From assembly GCA_016936115.1 (NCBI GenBank), contig JAFGPQ010000037.1, positions 3,897-67,896 of the forward strand: a stretch of DNA of 64,000 nt. Direction: 5' to 3'. Made by a program: the position numbers and the translations under genes. The first letter of the stretch is position 1. Each line of letters opens with the position of its first letter. Shown in pieces: positions 9,344 through 16,984 of the stretch. The stretch is from Spirochaetales bacterium. GTDB taxonomy: Bacteria > Spirochaetota > Spirochaetia > DSM-2461. The notes under the pieces are model-generated. The model saw only the letters and a list, made by a program, of their open reading frames with translations, ran no database searches and had not been told where the DNA came from.

Positions 9344-10570
9344 TTATTTCGCCCAGGCGGGATCTTTCATAAAGGTCTCGTCTCTCAGAGGCCCTACGGA
9401 ATAACCGGCCACGGGCACCATGGTGAACTCTTCGATGAACCTGATCACATCCTTTGCGCCGGCGGGAATCTGATCCCAGCTGCGGGCGTCGCCTACCTTG
9501 CCTTCCCAGCCGGGGAACTCTTTGAGAACCGGCTTGATGCGCTCCATTCTATCGATGGAAGCGGGGAATTCCTCTACGATCTCACCGTCGATTTCATAGG
9601 CGGTACAGATCTTGATAGTTTCAAAACCGTCGTAAAGGTTCAGATGGGACAGAATGAAACCGTCCAGGCTGTTCACCCAGCCCGCATAGCGCAGGGCCAC
9701 CAGGTCCAGATAGCCTATGCGCCGGGGACGGCCGGTGGTCACCCCGTACTCATGGCCCAGTTCGCGCAGGGTATTGCCCAGTTCCAGATCGGCTCCTTCG
9801 AGCATTTCCGTAGGCATGGGCCCGTTGCCGACCCTGGTCTGATAGGCCTTGAACACGCCCAGACACTTGTCGATATACCGGGGACCGATGGACGCGCCCT
9901 GAGCGGCGCCGCAGCTGGTGGACATGCCCGAGGAAACAAAGGGATAGGTTCCGTGATCCAGGTCGAGCAGGGCGCCCTGGGCTCCTTCGAGCAGGATGTC
10001 CTTATCCCGGTTCTCCATCATGAAAGCGGCCATATTCACGATCATGCCGGCCAGTTTGTCCTTGAAGGGAGCCAGCCAGGAACGATCCTCTTCCTTGAGC
10101 CCTTCCCAGATGACCGGATCCCAGAGATCGCCCACCCGGATGCCGTCGCGGTGCGCCTTATTGGCATAGGTGACGCCGATGCCCCGTCCCGTCGTCCCGA
10201 TGGGACGGATCCGTTTGGATTCCATGCTCATGTCCTCTTCCTTATAGGAAGGAAGAACCAGATGGGCCCGGTCGGATACGAAAACGCGTCCTTCCCAGGA
10301 GATCCCCTGAGATGCGATTTCGCCTAATTCCTTGAATAGGGATTCCGGATCGATAACCATTCCGTTGCCCAGGGCAACCTTTTTCTCCGGGTAGATTATA
10401 CCCGCCGGAACCAGATGAAGAGCAAATGTCCTGTTCTCTACCTTTATGGTATGGCCCGCATTGGCTCCGCCGGAAAAACGGACGACCAGATCTGCATCTT
10501 CGGCCAGATAGTCAACCATTTTCCCCTTACCTTCGTCGCCCCACTGGGCTCCGATAACTACAAGTTTCAT
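9344..10570 (-). CDS. purA: adenylosuccinate synthase
   Basis: MKLVVIGAQWGDEGKGK P-loop, GTTGRGIG and GVTTGRPRR motifs. The ATG at 10570 (408 aa) is preferred over the ORF-track start at 10651, which runs through leader hairpins. Confidence 0.95.
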   Translation of the reverse strand: MKLVVIGAQWGDEGKGKMVDYLAEDADLVVRFSGGANAGHTIKVENRTFALHLVPAGIIYPEKKVALGNGMVIDPESLFKELGEIASQGISWEGRVFVSDRAHLVLPSYKEEDMSMESKRIRPIGTTGRGIGVTYANKAHRDGIRVGDLWDPVIWEGLKEEDRSWLAPFKDKLAGMIVNMAAFMMENRDKDILLEGAQGALLDLDHGTYPFVSSGMSTSCGAAQGASIGPRYIDKCLGVFKAYQTRVGNGPMPTEMLEGADLELGNTLRELGHEYGVTTGRPRRIGYLDLVALRYAGWVNSLDGFILSHLNLYDGFETIKICTAYEIDGEIVEEFPASIDRMERIKPVLKEFPGWEGKVGDARSWDQIPAGAKDVIRFIEEFTMVPVAGYSVGPLRDETFMKDPAWAK

Positions 10571-10630
10571 CTCTTTTTTTTCCTTTAGTTTAACGATTTT
10601 AAGCCCCGAAGCGGGCCTAAGAAAAGAACA

Positions 10631-10662
10631 GCAAAAAGCCCGTCCAGACAACTGAACGGGCT
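10631..10662 (-). terminator. strong intrinsic terminator inside the purA 5' leader, about 60 nt upstream of the ATG
   Basis: Minus strand reads AGCCCGTTCAG-TTGT-CTGGACGGGCT (11 bp including one G-U pair) followed by TTTTTGCTG. No minus-strand gene ends here. Confidence 0.6.
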
Positions 10663-10677
10663 CCGTAGTTGCGAGTA

Positions 10678-10706
10678 ATATTAACAGAAACCTTATATTG
10701 TGGCAA
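10678..10706 (-). promoter_or_regulatory. sigma70-like promoter TTGCCA-N17-TAATAT directly upstream of the purA leader terminator
   Basis: The minus strand has a perfect 17-nt spacer. The predicted start near 10671 is only about 8 nt before the terminator stem. Confidence 0.4.
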
Positions 10707-10772
10707 TGCTCTGCCGTATAAGTTTGGAAACTTTTGAAATAGGGAACCTCCCTTCTGTTTATTCGTGGAAAA

Positions 10773-11915
10773 TTGGTTTATCCTTCATCTATGAAATTTC
10801 CCTACCCCCCGGCGTACCCGTTCCGCCAGGAGACGACCCTCTCCTTCTACCCACCCGTTTCGGACAATTCCCTGCGCCCCTGGGACGGGGCGGACGAGTA
10901 TCTGCTGGAAGTCCTTTCCCGGGATTTTCCCGAAGGGAAGATTCCCCGCCCCCTGATTCTGGGCGATTCCTGCGGCGCCCTGACCGTTCCCCTGGCCGGT
11001 TACGACCCGATCGGCCTGAACGACTCCTGCGGCTCCCGGTATTGCATTACCGGGAACCTGAGAGACAACGGTTATGAGGGGGATCCTGTTTTTCATGAGT
11101 TCCATGGGGATTTTCCCGCCGAAGCAGGACTGATTCTCTTGAAAATACCCAAATCCCTGCCCCGGTTCCGCTATGAACTGGAGAGACTGCGGGAAAGAAT
11201 CACGAACCCCGTCACCATACTGGCCGCGGGAATGGCTAAACTGCTTCCCCCCAGCTTTTTTGAAACCTTTCAGGAACTGACCGATGGGGGGGAATACTCT
11301 CTCATCAAAAAGAAAGCCCGCTACTACCGGGGCGTTCTGACACCGGTTAAGGTAGAATCCCGTGAGGAACACCGCTTTTCCTGGGAGGGGAAAGAGCTCA
11401 TATCTCTTCCCGGGGTCTTCTCCTACGGCAAGCCGGACCGGGGCACCCTGTTCCTTCTGGACCGCTTTCCCCGAATCCCCGCTCCCGCCACGGTGGTGGA
11501 TCCGGGCTGCGGCTGCGGTATACTGGGGATACAGGCAGCCCTGACCTGGCCGGAAGCGAAAATCATCGCCACGGACGATTCGGCGGCCGCCGTGGAGAGC
11601 ACCCGCCTTTCGGCCCGGGAGAATGGGCTGGAAGACCGCTTTGACATCCGCCATACCCATATTCTGGAAGGGGTGGATGACGATTTCGCCGATCTGGTTC
11701 TGTGCAATCCTCCCTTTCACCAGCAGCACCGCATTCAGCTGGAGACGGGGTTCGCCTTTATCACGGAAAGCCTCCGGGTTCTGAAAACGGGGGGATGGCT
11801 CTTTCTTGTGGCCAACCGCTATCTGGGCTATGAAAAGGAGCTCACGAGACAGTTTTCCAAAATGAAGATTCTGGGACAGGATAAGAAGTTCCGGCTTTAT
11901 ATGTGCCGGAAGTAG
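10773..11915 (+). CDS. two-domain class I methyltransferase, rRNA (guanine-N2) methyltransferase RlmG/RsmC-like
   Basis: 380-aa ORF with motif I VVDPGCGCGILG and motif IV LCNPPFH. The size matches RlmG. The start is either TTG at 10773 or ATG at 10791. Confidence 0.78.
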   Translation: MVYPSSMKFPYPPAYPFRQETTLSFYPPVSDNSLRPWDGADEYLLEVLSRDFPEGKIPRPLILGDSCGALTVPLAGYDPIGLNDSCGSRYCITGNLRDNGYEGDPVFHEFHGDFPAEAGLILLKIPKSLPRFRYELERLRERITNPVTILAAGMAKLLPPSFFETFQELTDGGEYSLIKKKARYYRGVLTPVKVESREEHRFSWEGKELISLPGVFSYGKPDRGTLFLLDRFPRIPAPATVVDPGCGCGILGIQAALTWPEAKIIATDDSAAAVESTRLSARENGLEDRFDIRHTHILEGVDDDFADLVLCNPPFHQQHRIQLETGFAFITESLRVLKTGGWLFLVANRYLGYEKELTRQFSKMKILGQDKKFRLYMCRK

Positions 11916-11916
11916 G

Positions 11917-12383
11917 TTAGAAAAAAACCTTACCGATCAGCTCCCGGTCGGGAACCTTCCTATCTTCCAGATCCCTTATAACTTTTTCCTTATCGTAAGG
12001 CATCTCGAAATGTGAAGGAATAGACAGGAGAGCCCCTCTATCCGCTCTTCGATCCGGTATGGCAGAGTACTGAGGAAAGCCCGATCCCTATTTTCCAGCT
12101 GTTTGCCGGTCCATATCTGATGGGCTATTTCGCCGTCTGACATGGACTGAGGATGTTCGGCAGATGAAATCTGCTTAACCTGATACTCCTCGTGATTACC
12201 CATGACACACTCGACATTTCTGCGGCGGATGATCTCGAGACATTCCCCGGGATGGGGCCCTATGGCGATCGTATCTCCCAGGCTGATGATTCTGTCCACG
12301 CCCAGCTCACCTGTCTTCTGAAGGATAGCCTCCAACGCGGGTAGATTGGCATGAAGGTCTGCGAAGAGGGCGATTCGGGTCAC
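11917..12383 (-). pseudogene. metallophosphoesterase (YfcE/MJ0936-type) remnant with an internal deletion and frameshift
   Basis: The N-terminal 135 aa carry DLHAN, GDTIAIGP and GNHE, and stop after LFLH. The C-terminal family tail FEMPYDKEKVIRDLEDRKVPDRELIGKVFF* continues in another frame to 11917. The GHTH core is missing. Compare the intact paralog at 43838-44566. Confidence 0.6.
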
Positions 12384-12796
12384 GGATCCAGGTTTTCCAG
12401 TCTCCCCGTGGTCAGATCCAGCCGGCGGTAATAGCAGTTCCGCGCCTGGCCTTTACTGTTGCGGGTATGGCAGATCTTTCCCTTCTCCGGGCGGACGATG
12501 TACAACAGGGAGTTCTGCTCGCAGTTCACCCGGATCTCCTCGATGATATAGGCATTCCCCGAGGTAAGGCCCTTTTCCCAGAGTTCGTTCCGGCTGGTGC
12601 TCCAGAAAACGGCCTTGCCCGTCTCGAGAGTCCGCTTCAGGGCCGCTTCGTTGGCGTAGGCCACGAGGATCAATTCCTTCGTTTCCGAATCCTGCACGGC
12701 CACGGGAACAACCTTACAGTTCTTCTCCGCTATAGAGGTTAACTTATCATAATCCAGGTTCAGGACGGCTCCCTCTTCCAGCTCTTCGTGTGTCAT
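12380..12796 (-). CDS. phosphoribosyl-AMP cyclohydrolase (HisI)-like protein, divergent
   Basis: 138-aa ORF. VPVAVQD..LILVAYANEAALKRTLETGKAVFWSTSRNELWEKGLTSGN matches the HisI core. The expected DCDxD is NCEQN, and a CHT...C motif is present. Confidence 0.75.
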   Translation of the reverse strand: MTHEELEEGAVLNLDYDKLTSIAEKNCKVVPVAVQDSETKELILVAYANEAALKRTLETGKAVFWSTSRNELWEKGLTSGNAYIIEEIRVNCEQNSLLYIVRPEKGKICHTRNSKGQARNCYYRRLDLTTGRLENLDP

Positions 12797-12802
12797 GATG
12801 TC

Positions 12803-12831
12803 ATTATAGCGAGCTGCGTCAGGGATTGGAA
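12803..12831 (-). promoter_or_regulatory. promoter with a perfect TATAAT 6 nt from the hisI-like ATG (leaderless candidate); weak -35 TTCCAA
   Basis: Minus strand reads TTCCAA-N17-TATAAT gacatc ATG. No SD. Confidence 0.4.
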
Positions 12832-12923
12832 GGGCCGGCAGAGCCGGGTCAACGTACGAAGAACGGGGACGGGACCCCTGGAAAGCCCGGCCCCGGGACG
12901 GGGAGACGCCCGGGAGAACCGGA

Positions 12924-14057
12924 TCACTCCCCGGTCCGGTTATAGATGATACCCCCTATCAGGGCGGTGAGGGGCGCGGTCAGAACGAGGCCGAAACTTC
13001 CCACCAGGGTATGGAGGATTTCGGAACTCACATAAGTCAGGTTCAGGATGTTCACCCCCGGGGTCCCCTGGGCCATCATGACCATGAGAACGGCCGTATA
13101 GCTTCCCGAGTAGGCCAGGAGCAGGGTGGTGGTCATAGTCCCTACCACGGCTCGGCCCACTTTGATACCTGAGACGATCAGCTCTTTCGGTTGGATGTCG
13201 GGTCTTTTGTGCTTGATCTCGTGCATGGAGGCGGAGATATCCATGCTGATGTCCATGACCGCTCCGGAGGAGGCCAGGAAGATACCCGAAACCAGGATGG
13301 CGGTCAGATCCAGATGGGCGTATCCCGAGTAGAGCAGGGATTCGGAAAAGGGTTTGACCGCCCCGTGGATATGAAAGAGTTTGCCAAAGAGAAGTGAGAA
13401 AGCGGCGGTGAAGATGATCCCCGCCACTGTGCCCAGAAAGGAGATGAGCCCCTTCTTATTCAGCCCTCCCACCAGGAAGATGATGACTGCGGATAGGACG
13501 GCCACGATGGCCAGGGAGATCAGAACCGGGTTAAAGCCCTTCAAAAAACCCGGGAGCAGCAGCTTCCAGATAGCGGCGCCGGTGAAGAGAAAGGAGAGGA
13601 GCGCCTTGATGCCGGTCCACCCCGCATAGAGGATGAGAAGCCCCGCGAAAAGAAAAAGCAGCACCATCTCAACCCGGAGCCTGTAATGGTCCACGGGTGT
13701 GGCGTAAACGAAATCCCCCTGTTTGTCCGTATTTATGGAAACCAGGGCCGTGTCGCCCGGGGCGAACATTTTATCCAGTTCCAGTTTGCCCATGAGCATA
13801 TTATTCGATTCGGTCACGGTTCCCTTGGACTTCCCGTTCAGGATTTTTATGGTGACCCCTTGGTTTCCGGTCCTGACGATGCCGTACTGTTCCAGCTCCG
13901 AATCGTCCACGGCGATGATTTTTCCCCGGGCGTGGAGTATATCTGTTCTTTGCCGGTTCTCGAATCCCGTGGGCAGCATAAGAATGAGCAGAGTGAGCAG
14001 GGTGACGATGATGGTGAAGATCCTGTCTTTGCCGGTGTTTTTTTCTCCGATGAACAT
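12924..14057 (-). CDS. YibE/F family membrane protein
   Basis: 377-aa ORF. One N-terminal TM helix, a soluble beta-rich segment, then about 7 TM helices, which is the typical YibE/F layout. Confidence 0.75.
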   Translation of the reverse strand: MFIGEKNTGKDRIFTIIVTLLTLLILMLPTGFENRQRTDILHARGKIIAVDDSELEQYGIVRTGNQGVTIKILNGKSKGTVTESNNMLMGKLELDKMFAPGDTALVSINTDKQGDFVYATPVDHYRLRVEMVLLFLFAGLLILYAGWTGIKALLSFLFTGAAIWKLLLPGFLKGFNPVLISLAIVAVLSAVIIFLVGGLNKKGLISFLGTVAGIIFTAAFSLLFGKLFHIHGAVKPFSESLLYSGYAHLDLTAILVSGIFLASSGAVMDISMDISASMHEIKHKRPDIQPKELIVSGIKVGRAVVGTMTTTLLLAYSGSYTAVLMVMMAQGTPGVNILNLTYVSSEILHTLVGSFGLVLTAPLTALIGGIIYNRTGE

Positions 14058-14092
14058 GAATAGAGCCTCTCGTTTATAGATTTTCTGCTATG

Positions 14093-14125
14093 AAAAACAG
14101 GGAGGACGGCCCATGCCGCCCTCCC
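14093..14125 (-). terminator. rho-independent terminator after the alkaline phosphatase gene
   Basis: Minus strand reads GGGGAGGGCGGC-ATGG-GCCGTCCTCCC followed by TGTTTTTCA. Confidence 0.7.
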
Positions 14126-14154
14126 CGGTGATTCAGGTAAAACTGTTTTTCAGC

Positions 14155-15591
14155 TTAGAACATGATCTGGGACATCTTCTTGAAAATGTCCGTGTTGTCG
14201 TAATAGCCGTTGAACAGATCCTGGCCTACGCCCATGGCGAAGGTGGCCACGGGAACACCGGTGTGGGAGTAGGAGGTCCAGGCGAGTCCGGCTCTCTGGT
14301 TCAGCAGGTGGGTAATGGTTACGGTCAGGGCGTTGTATCCGCCGTAAAGCAGATAATCCTGGGTTTTAGAGGCGATTTCCTCACCCTTCATACTTCTGGC
14401 GAAGGCTTCTTCCAGCATCTGGGCTTCGTAATCGGAAAGGTCGGTGAGGCCGAAGTTCTCCTCGATGGCGGGTATCAGGTCGGCGAATTTGCCCCCGTTC
14501 CCGTTGGCTTCCTTGTAGGGTTTGAACACATAGGTATCGAAGGCTTCGTAGGACATTTTCTGCTTGCCGATTTCATCGAAGGCGGATCCGTATTTGGTTC
14601 CGGCGAAACCGAGGGTCAGACCGCCCGTTTCGTGGTCACCTGTTACGATGATAACCGTTTCGTCCGGGTGAGCGTTGTAGAAGTCGATACCTTTCTGAAT
14701 GGCCTCGTCGAAGGCGATGGTATTCTTGATGGAGGCGGCGGCGTCGTTGGCGTGGCAGGCCCAGTCGATTTTGCCGCCCTCCACCATCATGAAGAAACCG
14801 TTCTCGTTGTCCAGGAGCTCGATGCCCTTGTCCACGTACTCGGCCAGAGTGATATCATCCGCTTCCTGATCCATGGCGTAATCCAGGGAGTTTCTTGTGA
14901 AGCTGGTATTGTAGTAGGCATAGGCCTGGGTGCCGGGGGTCAGGGCGTTCAGTTCCTCCCGGGTTGTGGCTATCTGCCATCCCCGTTCGTTCATCACGTC
15001 CAGAGCGCTTTTCTCTCCCTTTGGTGTCTTGTCCAGTCTGACCATACCGCCGGCGAAATAATCGAAGTTGCTGTTGGCCATCTGCATGTTGATATTATAA
15101 TAGTTGTTTCTACTGGGTTCCTTGGCATAAAAGCTGGCCGGGGTGGCATGGTCCAGGTTTACGCTCGAGAGGATCCCCACCTTCATACCTGCGCTCTTGG
15201 CCAGCTCGGCGATGGTGGTGAAGGTTTCCGTTTTAGCCACATTGTAGTTAATGACACCGGACTCGGTTTTGTTGCCCGAAGCGATTGCCGTACCGGCTGA
15301 GGCGGAATCGGTGATGAAAGAGAGGGCGTCGTAGGTGGTTGTCATGCCCTGAGCGGGAAACTGGGTGAAAGTAAGCTGTTTGACTCCCACCGGGGTCCCG
15401 TTAACGGAGCTCAGGTAGGCTTCGGCGGAATTGATCTGGGGCAGGGCCATACCGTCGCCGATAAACAGCATCACGTATTTGGCCTTGGCGATCTGATCCG
15501 CCATGTCTGCGGAGGCGGTTTCCTGCTGAGCGTTGGCGAAAAGACCGGCCAGGCACAGCACCATGAGGGAAAGGATAAGATTCTTCTTCAT
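14155..15591 (-). CDS. alkaline phosphatase (PhoA family), secreted
   Basis: Signal peptide MKKNLILSLMVLCLAGLFANA, metal and active-site motifs FIGDGMA and TDSASAGTA, and GDHETGG. The ATG at 15591 is preferred over 15645. Confidence 0.9.
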   Translation of the reverse strand: MKKNLILSLMVLCLAGLFANAQQETASADMADQIAKAKYVMLFIGDGMALPQINSAEAYLSSVNGTPVGVKQLTFTQFPAQGMTTTYDALSFITDSASAGTAIASGNKTESGVINYNVAKTETFTTIAELAKSAGMKVGILSSVNLDHATPASFYAKEPSRNNYYNINMQMANSNFDYFAGGMVRLDKTPKGEKSALDVMNERGWQIATTREELNALTPGTQAYAYYNTSFTRNSLDYAMDQEADDITLAEYVDKGIELLDNENGFFMMVEGGKIDWACHANDAAASIKNTIAFDEAIQKGIDFYNAHPDETVIIVTGDHETGGLTLGFAGTKYGSAFDEIGKQKMSYEAFDTYVFKPYKEANGNGGKFADLIPAIEENFGLTDLSDYEAQMLEEAFARSMKGEEIASKTQDYLLYGGYNALTVTITHLLNQRAGLAWTSYSHTGVPVATFAMGVGQDLFNGYYDNTDIFKKMSQIMF

Positions 15592-15757
15592 TTTCTTAAG
15601 ACTCCTGTTTGTTTTTTGACACGGACATTCCGTGCCTATGCACACTAGAGATTAGGTAAAAATGGTTTCCCTATCATTATTGTTTGATGAACTTTCGGTT
15701 AACCCGGGGATCTCTCGGGTTATTTGCGGACAAAAATCGCCGGCTACAGGAAAAAAC

Positions 15758-15786
15758 TTGCCATCCCGTAAAAAGTAACTTACAAT
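15758..15786 (+). promoter_or_regulatory. sigma70-like promoter TTGCCA-N17-TACAAT, with the -10 box 7 nt from the ATG at 15794 (leaderless candidate)
   Basis: Plus strand reads TTGCCA tcccgtaaaaagtaact TACAAT tcaaatt ATG. No SD. Confidence 0.5.
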
Positions 15787-15793
15787 TCAAATT

Positions 15794-16984
15794 ATGGATT
15801 ATGATTCTCTCTCAAGAGAAGCGCTTGTGGAACTCCTGAAGGAGTCCCAATGCAGAAATGATACCTATTTCTCTCTTTTCTCTTCCCTGAGCGAAGGAAT
15901 CATAACGGTGGATGGAAATGAGGCCATTTCCTTTATGAACATGGCCGCCGAGGAGTTCACCGGCTGGTCCTTCGACGAGGTTCAGGGCCGTCCCTTCACG
16001 GAAGTGGTCAATACGGTGGACCATTTCTCTTCGGAACCGGTCGATCTTAGGCTTAGGGATATTATCAGCCATAAAAAGACTTCCGAATACTCCGGTTACC
16101 TCGATCTTCTGGACAAAAAGGGGACCGCCCGGCATATCACGGCTACCCTTATCCCCATCAGCAGGGAGTGCCCCCATACGGAGCTGATCGTTTCTCTTCA
16201 GGATATTACGGACAAGCGTCATATCGGTGAGGAGATTTCCCGTATTCAGAAGCTGGACGCCCTGAGCAAACTGGCCGGGGGCATCGCCCACTCCTTTAAC
16301 AACATGCTTACCGGTATTATGGGCTTTTCCGAGCTCATGTCCATGGAACTGAACGGTAAGAAGGAAGATGAGCTGCTCCAGTACAATCAAGAGATTATCG
16401 AATCCTGCGAACGGGCTTCCAGCGTGACCGGGGAACTGCTGAATTTTTCCCGGAAGCGCAATTTCGGTTGTATTGTGGTGAATCTGAACGATCAGATTGA
16501 AGAGGGGGCCGACCAGCTGCAGACCCTGCTGGGACCGAAGATCACAGTGGAAACGGAGATTCATGCCATAAATCAGACCTTCTTCGCCGATCCCTTTCAG
16601 ATTATGGAGATTATTCTGAACCTGGGAAAAAATGCGGGCTATGTCATGCCCGAAGGAGGCAAGATCCTTATCAAAACGGAGAACCGTTTTTTCACCGATG
16701 AGGAGTGCCGCCGCAAGTCACGGCTGATGAAACCCGGTGTCTACTTCATGATGACCGTGAGCGATACGGGCCCGGGAATCAGCAAGGATGTTCTGCCCCA
16801 TATTTTCGAGCCCTTTTTCACCACTAAGCCCCTGGACAAGGGAAGCGGCCTGGGCCTCTCCTCGGTCTACGGTTCCGTGGTGAGTCACGGGGGAACGATT
16901 TCGGTTAAAACGAAGGAAGGGTTGGGCACCTCCTTCGAGATTGCCCTGCCCCTCTCCTACGATTTCAATTATTCCGTAAACTAA
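15794..16984 (+). CDS. cytoplasmic PAS-domain sensor histidine kinase
   Basis: 396-aa ORF with a PAS domain, H-box [10 protein letters not shown] and G-boxes DTGPGI and GSGLGLS. No TM segment. Confidence 0.9.
   Translation: MDYDSLSREALVELLKESQCRNDTYFSLFSSLSEGIITVDGNEAISFMNMAAEEFTGWSFDEVQGRPFTEVVNTVDHFSSEPVDLRLRDIISHKKTSEYSGYLDLLDKKGTARHITATLIPISRECPHTELIVSLQDITDKRHIGEEISRIQKLDALSKLAGGIAHSFNNMLTGIMGFSELMSMELNGKKEDELLQYNQEIIESCERASSVTGELLNFSRKRNFGCIVVNLNDQIEEGADQLQTLLGPKITVETEIHAINQTFFADPFQIMEIILNLGKNAGYVMPEGGKILIKTENRFFTDEECRRKSRLMKPGVYFMMTVSDTGPGISKDVLPHIFEPFFTTKPLDKGSGLGLSSVYGSVVSHGGTISVKTKEGLGTSFEIALPLSYDFNYSVN

Noticed and set aside
9344-10651. N-terminal extensions offered by the ORF track: purA to 10651, icd to 19403, metA to 31577, deoD from 46303, asd to 26192, phoA to 15645, nqrC from 31985, nqrE from 33444, and the kinases to 49995 and 61157.
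   Set aside because: - The extensions lack similarity to the families.
- They run through terminators, promoters or neighbouring genes.
- Internal ATG or GTG codons reproduce the canonical family N-termini, usually with an SD.
12860-12920. G-run-rich segment (GGGG-AC-GGG...GGG-AC-GGGG...GGG) as a possible G-quadruplex or repeat element.
   Set aside because: - The central loop would be about 21 nt, the region is simply GC-rich intergenic DNA, and no second copy occurs in the window.
- The evidence is insufficient.
15610-15650. GGCACGGAATGTCCGTG upstream of the alkaline phosphatase gene, as a sigma54 promoter or Pho box.
   Set aside because: - The GG-to-GC spacing does not match the -24/-12 geometry, and no CTGTCAT-type Pho-box repeats are present.
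- It is more simply a 6-bp 5' UTR hairpin.
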